This document shows positions 1-7,199 of a stretch of DNA of 32,150 nucleotides, piece after piece; the first letter of the stretch is position 1, and every line of letters starts with the position of its first letter. Origin of the DNA: Spirochaetales bacterium (lineage in GTDB: Bacteria; Spirochaetota; Spirochaetia; JABEVK01); assembly GCA_037142615.1 (NCBI GenBank), contig JBAXAI010000039.1:1-32150 (forward strand). Reading direction: 5' to 3'. Position numbers and translations under genes: made by a program. The notes beneath the pieces were generated by a model. That model searched no databases. It was not told the DNA's origin and saw nothing but the letters and a program-made list of their open reading frames with translations.

Positions 1-48
1 CTCGACCGCGCGCTCACCTCGGAACTGATTCTTTTCGATGCCGTTTGA
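1..48 (+). CDS. 3' end of an upstream gene (partial), possibly another GH36-like glycosidase
   Basis: Frame 1 reads LDRALTSELILFDAV then TGA at 46-48, just before the AAGGAG RBS (51-56) of the next gene. It resembles the C-terminus of the GH36 in this window (LPALDMSEILLLQEV). Only 15 codons are visible. Confidence 0.4.
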   Translation, partial: LDRALTSELILFDAV

Positions 49-62
49 ATAAGGAGCTTGTG

Positions 63-1862
63 ATGGAACACGTGCAGATCAAGGGACTCACCGGCGTGGT
101 GTCGGGGGTCCGCACCGCCGTCGGCGCCGCCGAGTCGATAGCGTTGCTGGGCAACAACCGGCCCGACGGTGACGTCGACCTGAAGGTGATGGCCCAGTGG
201 GCCATGAATTACCTGGCCAGGACGCCAAGACCCGAGTTCGAGTGGGAGCCGGTCTTCCAGTGCCATCCTCTAAAGTGCCCGCCCGTGCCCGCAGGACGCG
301 ATGTCGTCGTGCCGTGCGATACCGATGCCCGAATGGAGTGGGAGTGGTACTTCATGCGCGAGATCACCGGCTCGGACGGGGCCCGCGCGGTCGAAAAGGC
401 CTTTCATGAGCGCATGCGCGGCTTCATCCAGCCGGACGGGACGGTCCTCGCCCCGCCGGGTTGCTACGATGAGAACCAAATCGATGCCGTGTTCGAAAAG
501 GAAGACTACACCTACCACGTCTGGGGGGCCACGAAGATTCTCAAGAGTCTCTCGGAAGAGTTCGTCAGGACCGGAAACCCGGAAGCCAAGGTTCTGGCCC
601 GCAAGGTCATGCTTCGGCTGCGAAGTCTTGCGAACTGGGCCGGAGAACCCGGCAAGGGTGCGGCCTGGTTTCCCGGCGGGATGGCGGCACTCCATCAGGA
701 CGGAACGGTTTTGGCGACCGCCTGGATCCTCAACCCGGCGCCCGTGGTGGAGCCGCTGCTTACCTACTACCAGGCGACCGGAGACGTCGAGGGGCTGGCG
801 TTTGCCCGCGCCTACGCTGACGGCATCATGGAAGGCCGCCAACCCGGCGGCCTGCGGTTCAAGCCCGATGGCCGTTTTGACGAACCGCTGGGGCACAGTC
901 ATGCCGTCATGCACTCCGTCTGGGGGATCAGCCATTTGGGGCTGGTGACCGGAGAATCCCGCTACGTGGAGTTCGCCCGCAAGGCCTGGGACTGGATGCT
1001 CTCCCGGGGCACGGGCACCGGTTGGTTCCCGGCCATGCCCGACAGCTGCAACGAGACCTGCTGCGTTTCGGATATGATTTCGTGCGCCTGTGTGTTCGGT
1101 CAGGCCGGGCACACCGAATACTACGACTACGCCGAGCGCTACCTGCGCAACTACATCAGCAACCTGCAATTCGTGGTCGACGAGGGGTTCGAGAAGTACT
1201 ATCGGCGGCTGCACGCTTCAGCCGACCCCAAAGCCGTGGAACAGGGACTGGTGGAACTTCGCAAGTTCCAAGGCGGAATCGTGGGAGGCTCGGGCCTCAA
1301 CGACTTCGAAAATGACCTTCTGGGCGGGGTTTCGGGCTTCGAGATGTTCGGGTGCTGTGCCCCCGAAGGCATGCGGGCCATTCACACCGTTTGGTCGGAC
1401 ACCATTGTTCACCGGCCGGCCGGGCTGTCGACCGCAGCCGGCGTCTACGTGAACATGAGCTTCTCGCGCAGCTCCCCGTGGGGCGAGGTTGTCTCATTCT
1501 TCCCGGACGAGGGAAGGCTCACGGTGAAGGCCACGGTGACAGACACCTTCTTCCTGCGGCCAGGCCATTGGGTACCCAAGGCTTCCGTGCGGGCGTTCCG
1601 AGGAACCCAGGCCATCCCGGTGGTCTGGCAGGGCGACTACGTGCGTTTCGAGGCCGAGGCCGGTCAGGAACTCACCCTCACCTTTCCGTTGCTGGCGTTC
1701 TCTCACCGGGCTGAGGGGCTATGGCCGCAAGCCAATCCCGGGCTCGCGATGAACTTCGAATGGTTGGGGAACATGGTGGTCTCGGTCGACCCCGCTCCTC
1801 AAAAGACACCGTTGTTCACGGGAAGGCCACGGAGACTGCCAAAGGCCCCCGCCCTTCCATGA
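63..1862 (+). CDS. GH127/GH146-like (beta-L-arabinofuranosidase family) cysteine glycosidase
   Basis: AAGGAG at 51-56, then GTG60/ATG63. NETCC and FGCCAPEG match the E-x-C and C-C Zn/nucleophile motifs of GH127 enzymes. Also GHSH, DYAERYLRN and a GVYVN beta-domain start. No signal peptide. Substrate cannot be determined. Confidence 0.7.
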   Translation: MEHVQIKGLTGVVSGVRTAVGAAESIALLGNNRPDGDVDLKVMAQWAMNYLARTPRPEFEWEPVFQCHPLKCPPVPAGRDVVVPCDTDARMEWEWYFMREITGSDGARAVEKAFHERMRGFIQPDGTVLAPPGCYDENQIDAVFEKEDYTYHVWGATKILKSLSEEFVRTGNPEAKVLARKVMLRLRSLANWAGEPGKGAAWFPGGMAALHQDGTVLATAWILNPAPVVEPLLTYYQATGDVEGLAFARAYADGIMEGRQPGGLRFKPDGRFDEPLGHSHAVMHSVWGISHLGLVTGESRYVEFARKAWDWMLSRGTGTGWFPAMPDSCNETCCVSDMISCACVFGQAGHTEYYDYAERYLRNYISNLQFVVDEGFEKYYRRLHASADPKAVEQGLVELRKFQGGIVGGSGLNDFENDLLGGVSGFEMFGCCAPEGMRAIHTVWSDTIVHRPAGLSTAAGVYVNMSFSRSSPWGEVVSFFPDEGRLTVKATVTDTFFLRPGHWVPKASVRAFRGTQAIPVVWQGDYVRFEAEAGQELTLTFPLLAFSHRAEGLWPQANPGLAMNFEWLGNMVVSVDPAPQKTPLFTGRPRRLPKAPALP

Positions 1863-3115
1863 TCACTGGTTCGCCTTGGCTCACGGCATTGGCACTTTTC
1901 AGCCGCGATGCCTGGCTGGTCCTCGGGAGCGCCTTCGTGATGGGTTTCACCATCTTCGGGGGCATCTACTCCTTGCTTTTCAATCTCTACTTGCTGCGTC
2001 TGGGTTACGACCTGGGCTTCATCGGCTTGGTCAATGCGGCGGCCCTGCTGGGCTGGGCCGTGGCGTGTTTGCCGGCCGGCACCGTGGGGGGATGGCTGGG
2101 GAACCGCCTCGCGATGGTTCTGGGCTTGGGTCTGGCGCTGGTGGGGTACCTGCTGGTCCCGTTCTGCGAGCTGATCCCACCCGGCTTGGGCCGCTCTGCG
2201 TGGCTTTTGGTCGCGTATCTCGCGGGGAATGTGTTCATTGCTCTTTACGACGTCAACTCGCAGCCGTTTCTCGCGCAGGCCAGCTCGCCGGTCGAACGGG
2301 ACCACCTGTTTGCCACCCAGGCGGCCTTGTGGCCCGTGGCGGCGTTTCTGGGAAGCCTGGCCGGCGGCGTGCTTCCCGGGATTTTCGGAGTGCTGCTGCC
2401 CGAGGAAGGTCCTTCGGCTCCCTACCGCTATTCGCTGATCCTGTGTGCCGTCCTTCTGGGTTTTGGGGTTTGGGCTCTGCTGGCGACCCGCGGGGGACAG
2501 ACCTCCGTAGATCGGGGAACGACCCCGCCCCGCGGGGGACAGACCTCGGCCAGAATCTTCCCGTCGTTGGGAGTCGTGTTCCTAGGGATTACCCTGTTTC
2601 TTCAGGGAACCGGCGAAGGCGCCGTTCGCACGTTCTTCAACGTGTACCTTGATACCATCTTTAAGGTGCCGACCGAGGTCCTCGGGTTGCTGGCGGCCTC
2701 GGGAAACCTTCTCGGAGCGGGTGCGGCGTTGCTCATGCCGGTGATTTCGCGGCGGACGGGCCACAAGAGACTCTTTGTCTTCGGGACTCTGGGAATCTCG
2801 GTGGCTTTGGCCACGCTCTTCTTTCTCCCGGGGATGGTGGCTGCCAGCGTGGGCTTTATACTGGTCTTGGTGCTGGTTTCGATCACGCGGCCGGCCGTGC
2901 TGGTTTACCTGATGGAAAGTGCCTCCCAGAGGGTCCAGACTCTGCTTTCGAGCGTCTACACGATGGCGATGGGTCTGTCGTGGTCGGCGGTGGCTCTTTT
3001 CGGGGGCTTTGCCCTCGCCACCCTCGGCTATCCGGGGTTCTTTTTGGTCTGCGCGGTTCTGGTGGCTGTCAGCGCTGTGGCGTTCGCCGCCCAAAGGAGA
3101 GAGCAATTTGACTGA
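1859..3115 (+). CDS. MFS transporter
   Basis: ATG1859 overlaps the upstream TGA (ATGA), so the ORF-track start at 1721 is too early. About 12 hydrophobic segments in two halves, with motif-A-like loops GTVGGWLGNR and ISRRTGHKR. Confidence 0.85.
   Translation: MITGSPWLTALALFSRDAWLVLGSAFVMGFTIFGGIYSLLFNLYLLRLGYDLGFIGLVNAAALLGWAVACLPAGTVGGWLGNRLAMVLGLGLALVGYLLVPFCELIPPGLGRSAWLLVAYLAGNVFIALYDVNSQPFLAQASSPVERDHLFATQAALWPVAAFLGSLAGGVLPGIFGVLLPEEGPSAPYRYSLILCAVLLGFGVWALLATRGGQTSVDRGTTPPRGGQTSARIFPSLGVVFLGITLFLQGTGEGAVRTFFNVYLDTIFKVPTEVLGLLAASGNLLGAGAALLMPVISRRTGHKRLFVFGTLGISVALATLFFLPGMVAASVGFILVLVLVSITRPAVLVYLMESASQRVQTLLSSVYTMAMGLSWSAVALFGGFALATLGYPGFFLVCAVLVAVSAVAFAAQRREQFD
2487..2547 (+). repeat. 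19-bp perfect direct repeat (period 42) inside the MFS central loop
   Basis: CCCGCGGGGGACAGACCTC at 2487-2505 and 2529-2547; encodes RGGQTS twice, in frame. Confidence 0.85.
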
Positions 3116-4223
3116 CGAATACATCTGCGGGCATCTGGGCGAGGATCAGGCCAACTACTACGGGGCCGTCGTTCCACCGATCTTCCAGAACTCGCTGCAC
3201 GTTTTTCCCACCATCGAGGAAATGCAGGCCTTTGACGGAAAGCAGGAAGGAAAGTACATGTACGGCCGGCATCTGAACCCGACCGTCGACATCGTACAGA
3301 AGAAGCTGGCCGCCCTGGAAAGGGCCGACAAAGCGGCGCTCTTCGGGTCGGGAATGGCGGCCATTACGGCGGCCATCCTTTCGTGCGTCAAAACCGGCGA
3401 CCACGTCGTGGGGCTTCACCACATGTACGGGCCGGCGCACCGTTTTCTTGGCGAGTACCTTGCCCGATTCGGAGTCGAGGCAAGTTTCGTTTCTGGCGCG
3501 AGTCTCGAAGAGCTTGAGCAGGCCCTGAGGCCGAATACCAGGTTGATCTACCTGGAAAGCCCCACCACCTTCTACTTCGCCCTTCAGGACCTCGCGGCCG
3601 TGGCCACCCTCGCCAAGGCCCGCGGAATTCTGACCGTCATCGACAACACCTGGTGCACGCCACTTTACCAAAAGCCCCTCGAGTTGGGAATCGATCTGGT
3701 GGTGCACTCGGTCACCAAGTACCTCGCTGGTCACAGCGATGTGATTTCGGGGGTTGTCGCCGGCCGGGAAGAGCTCATCGAGCGCCTCAACCGCAACGAG
3801 CGTGATCTGCTGGGTGGCATTCCCGGGCCCTTCGATGCCTGGCTCATCCTCCGCGGCATGAGGACGCTCCCGGTCCGCATGCGCCAACATCAGGAAAATG
3901 CCCTCGTCGTGGCCAAGTTCCTCGAGGGCCATCCGCGGGTGTCGGGGGTCAACTGGCCAGGACTGGCGTCCCACCCCCAGTACGAGCTCGGCCGCAGGCA
4001 GATGAAGGGCTACTCCGGGTTGCTGAGTTTCGAACTTGACTGCGGTGAACGCGAACGCAACCAGTTCTTCAACGCGCTCAAGCTGTTCCGCCTCGGCGTG
4101 AGCTGGGGCGGTTTTGAAAGTCTGGTCGTGAAAGGACCGAACAACCTGGTCAGGCTTGCGGTGGGACTTGAAAGGGCCGAAGATCTGCTTGCCGACCTCG
4201 AAACCGCCTTCAAGAGTTGCTGA
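3108..4223 (+). CDS. PLP-dependent trans-sulfuration family enzyme (cystathionine beta/gamma-lyase / gamma-synthase-like)
   Basis: AAGGAGA at 3094-3100, then TTG3108 overlapping the MFS end. Motifs YGRHLNPT, SGMAAI, DNTW, HSVTKYLAGHSD (PLP lysine), SWGGFESL, RLAVGLE. Confidence 0.9.
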   Translation: MTDEYICGHLGEDQANYYGAVVPPIFQNSLHVFPTIEEMQAFDGKQEGKYMYGRHLNPTVDIVQKKLAALERADKAALFGSGMAAITAAILSCVKTGDHVVGLHHMYGPAHRFLGEYLARFGVEASFVSGASLEELEQALRPNTRLIYLESPTTFYFALQDLAAVATLAKARGILTVIDNTWCTPLYQKPLELGIDLVVHSVTKYLAGHSDVISGVVAGREELIERLNRNERDLLGGIPGPFDAWLILRGMRTLPVRMRQHQENALVVAKFLEGHPRVSGVNWPGLASHPQYELGRRQMKGYSGLLSFELDCGERERNQFFNALKLFRLGVSWGGFESLVVKGPNNLVRLAVGLERAEDLLADLETAFKSC

Positions 4224-4249
4224 GAAACAAGGAAGAAAAGGAGGAATAC

Positions 4250-5044
4250 ATGGGCAAACTTGCCGTCGAAATCAATGAGGCCCGAGTCGAGCCGGGCACG
4301 CTGAAGCTCTGGTGGCTTGGCCAGGCGGGCTTCGCCTTCAAAACTGTCTCGGGGTTGGTGGTGTACGTCGACCCGTACCTGTCCGATTCGGCCAAACGCC
4401 TCCACGGCTTCCGTCGGTTGTCGCTGACACCCCTCGAGGCCGAGGAGACCAAGGTTGACCTGGTGGTGCTCACCCACGAGCATACCGACCACCTCGACCC
4501 GGACGCCCTTCCGGTCATCGCCGCGAAGAACCCGAACTGCATCTTCGCCGCGCCTTCGGGATGCAACGACGGCTTGGACACGGCAGGGATTGCGGCCAAA
4601 CGGCGGCTGCTGCTGGAGCCGGGCAAGGCCGTCTCGTTCCGAGGCGTCACCGTGCACGGCACACCGGCGGACCACCTGCCGCACTCGCCGACGGCTCTGG
4701 CGCTGGCCCTCGATCTCGAAGGGGTGAAGGTGATGGTGAGCGGTGACAGTTCCTGGCGCCCGGACTTCTTCGCCCCGCTCTACCGTCTGGGTCTCGACGT
4801 AGTGATCCCCTGCATCAACGGCGGTTTTGGAAACATGGGGCACACCGATGCGGCGCGGCTGGTTGGCGAGGCGGGTGCACCCATCGCCCTCCCATGCCAT
4901 TACTGGACCTTCGCCGAACAGGGCGCCGGAGACCCCATGGGCTTCCTCAATGCCTGCCTGCGCGAAGCGCCCAAGGTTCAGGCCATGCTCCTCGAGCCCG
5001 CAGAATGCCTAGTCGTCACCGCGAGAACTGACAAGAAACTTTAA
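4250..5044 (+). CDS. Metallo-beta-lactamase-fold hydrolase, UlaG (sugar lactonase)-like
   Basis: GGAGGA RBS before ATG4250. Motifs WWLGQAGF, DPYLSD, THEHTDH metal site, SGDS, PCINGGFGNM, PCHY. Confidence 0.85.
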   Translation: MGKLAVEINEARVEPGTLKLWWLGQAGFAFKTVSGLVVYVDPYLSDSAKRLHGFRRLSLTPLEAEETKVDLVVLTHEHTDHLDPDALPVIAAKNPNCIFAAPSGCNDGLDTAGIAAKRRLLLEPGKAVSFRGVTVHGTPADHLPHSPTALALALDLEGVKVMVSGDSSWRPDFFAPLYRLGLDVVIPCINGGFGNMGHTDAARLVGEAGAPIALPCHYWTFAEQGAGDPMGFLNACLREAPKVQAMLLEPAECLVVTARTDKKL

Positions 5045-5054
5045 GGAGCCTCCT

Positions 5055-5861
5055 ATGAACCGACTGACCGGAAAGACCATCGTTGTGACCGCGGCCTATG
5101 GCGACATCGGCCGCGCAACCTGCCTCCGTTGCTGCGAGGAAGGAGCTACCGTCATCATGACCGGGCGCAAGCCCCAGGCCGAGGGTGAAGTGTTGGCCTC
5201 CCGCCTCGCCGCCGAAGCGAAGGCCGGGAAGGCCGAATACGTGTCGTGCGATGCGTCCTCGCGAAAATCCATCGACGCGATGTTCGCAACCGTCCTCGGC
5301 CGTCATCCCCGGATCGACGTCGTGATCGGCAATGCCGCCACCGTCCACAACGCCAAGTTCCTGGAAGTGACCGCCGAGCATTGGCATGAAACCCTCGACC
5401 TCAACCTCACCGGAAGTTTCCACCTCGGGCAGGCAGCGGCCCGCATCATGGTGACGCAAAAACCGCAGAGCCGGCCTGGGATAGAACGGGGCGTGCGGGG
5501 CAAGATCCTGTTCAACAGTTCCTGGGTGCAAGACACCCCCTGGCCTGATGGAACCTGCTACGTTGTTTCGAAAGCAGGCCTTAAGATGATGGCCCAGTCG
5601 ATGGCCCAGGAGCTTGCCGTGGAAGGCGTGCGGGTCAACCTCGTGGCGCCGGGGATCATCATGGCTGGCTTGACCAAGCAGGTGTACGAGAACTCTCCCG
5701 ATTACGGTCCGCGGGCCACGGCGGCCGTCCCGCTGCGCGAGTTCGGGACGACGCTGCAGTGCGCCGAAGCCTTTCTCTTTCTGGCTTCGGACGAGTCGGA
5801 CTACATTACCGGGATCTCGATGCTGGTAGATGGTGGCGCCAGCCTTCCGCGAAGGGACTGA
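5055..5861 (+). CDS. Short-chain dehydrogenase/reductase (sugar dehydrogenase-like)
   Basis: AAGGAG RBS. Rossmann motif TAAYGDIG (variant of TGxxxGxG), NAA, catalytic S and YVVSK, VNLVAPG, YITG...VDGG. Confidence 0.92.
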   Translation: MNRLTGKTIVVTAAYGDIGRATCLRCCEEGATVIMTGRKPQAEGEVLASRLAAEAKAGKAEYVSCDASSRKSIDAMFATVLGRHPRIDVVIGNAATVHNAKFLEVTAEHWHETLDLNLTGSFHLGQAAARIMVTQKPQSRPGIERGVRGKILFNSSWVQDTPWPDGTCYVVSKAGLKMMAQSMAQELAVEGVRVNLVAPGIIMAGLTKQVYENSPDYGPRATAAVPLREFGTTLQCAEAFLFLASDESDYITGISMLVDGGASLPRRD

Positions 5862-5877
5862 AACTGAAAGCCAACGG

Positions 5878-6984
5878 CTAGGGGATGGATTCCAGCGAGA
5901 AGTTGCTGGCCGAAATCTCCTTGCCGTTGGCAAAGTAGTGCTGGGAACCGTCGAGCCACTGGGTAAAGGCCAGCCTGGTCTTGGGAGTGTGGGCGGTTCC
6001 GCTGGGAAGGATGAGCAAACGGGTGTCACTGCGGCTCGAGTGCCGGGCTCGTTGCCTCGTCTCGTACTCCCTCCGAAAACAGAACACGTTGCGAAGGTCG
6101 GTTCCGTCCACAATGGGAACGTGGAAATCCTCTTCGGCGTTGCTGTTGCCAAGGTAGAGAAGTGACGACGGGTCGAGCTCGAGTCGTCCGATGGCCTTTT
6201 CGGCAAGCTCGAGCGAAAGCAGGCTCGCTTCCGGGGTCGCACCGCTAACCGAGGGGAGGACGCCTTGAAGCTTGCCCGTGAGGCTTCGCTCCCGGGCGGG
6301 GCTCAGTGTATGCGTCTCCAGACCCAGCCTATCGCAAGTATGAAGCAGAGGGTTTCCCGCGGCGGTTTCAGTTAACAATGCCTTGCGACAACTCACGGCG
6401 AGGGGGACTCCGTAACGTGCAACCCAGCGCCAGAGCAGATTCATGAGGGTCAATGGCTCTCCCCCACGTTCGAACGCCACCAAGAGCAGACCCGTTTCCG
6501 AGTCTTGAAGGAAGTGAAGGTTCGCGACGGCTCCGAAGTACGAAACTTCCGGGAAGGGCAAGGAAACGTGGACCAAACAGAAACCAAATCGCCTGCTCCT
6601 CGGCTCGCGTGGTTCGGGAGTCTCGGCGAGCTTCTGACTGGTCCACAGACCGCTGTCGCAGAGCCAGCGGCGCACAGTCTCATGGTCGATGTTGTAGCCC
6701 TTGTCACAAAGGGCCTTGGCGAACAAGGTGGGCCCAACTCCTTTGTAGGAAGAAGAATACTCGTGCAGTACAGCTTCTCTGACAGAGGAAGGAAACGCCC
6801 GGTTGGACTCGCGGCCGCGCCCGCGGTGAACGAGACATTTTTCGCCTTCCTCACCGTAGCGTTTCCAAATCCTCCGCATTTGACGGTTGGAAAGTCCCAA
6901 GGACACAGCCGCCGAGTCCAGGGTTATTCCACCCAATTCGACCTGACGCACGACTAGCAGCCTTTGCTCTGCTCCGGTACTCAT
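5878..6984 (-). CDS. IS1202/ISNCY-family transposase homolog with intact HTH but apparently no DDE triad (inactive or domesticated)
   Basis: ATG6984 with AAGGAG at 7000-6995. N-terminus LGLSNRQMRRIWKRY...LVHRGRGRESNR...GPTL...ETVRRWL...GLW and C-terminal EDFH...DLRNVFCF...WLDGS follow the recalled family consensus. The expected QxDGS, YxDK and KGRVER read HVSLP, SCRKA and RERSLT. Confidence 0.75.
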   Translation of the reverse strand: MSTGAEQRLLVVRQVELGGITLDSAAVSLGLSNRQMRRIWKRYGEEGEKCLVHRGRGRESNRAFPSSVREAVLHEYSSSYKGVGPTLFAKALCDKGYNIDHETVRRWLCDSGLWTSQKLAETPEPREPRSRRFGFCLVHVSLPFPEVSYFGAVANLHFLQDSETGLLLVAFERGGEPLTLMNLLWRWVARYGVPLAVSCRKALLTETAAGNPLLHTCDRLGLETHTLSPARERSLTGKLQGVLPSVSGATPEASLLSLELAEKAIGRLELDPSSLLYLGNSNAEEDFHVPIVDGTDLRNVFCFRREYETRQRARHSSRSDTRLLILPSGTAHTPKTRLAFTQWLDGSQHYFANGKEISASNFSLESIP

Positions 6985-7038
6985 CAACTCGCCGCTCCTT
7001 GGTTGCTCCACAAATAGCCCTTCAAGCCCGACCAAAGT

Positions 7039-7067
7039 ACTGTAAACCCATCAGGAATCTCTGTCAA
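7039..7067 (-). promoter_or_regulatory. sigma70 promoter for the transposase-derived gene
   Basis: Minus strand TTGACA (7067-7062), N17, TACAGT (7044-7039). Confidence 0.7.
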
Positions 7068-7199
7068 TTGTAAGTTGTTAACAAGTTGTCTCAACTGGGA
7101 GGGACACTTCAATCGAGTGGGCGCGCCTGAAGAAAATTGACGGCGGTGCGAAATACCGAGAAGCTTTCTGCTACCCCGCGACGGGGGTAAGGGGGCGCT

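Noticed and set aside
7068-7084. Rex operator (TTGT...ACAA)
   Set aside because: Spacing is N9 rather than the N10 of TTGTGAA-N4-TTCACAA, and the inner bases do not match.
5862-7145. Active insertion sequence
   Set aside because: No right inverted repeat or target duplication is visible and the catalytic residues appear absent; treated as an immobilised derivative.
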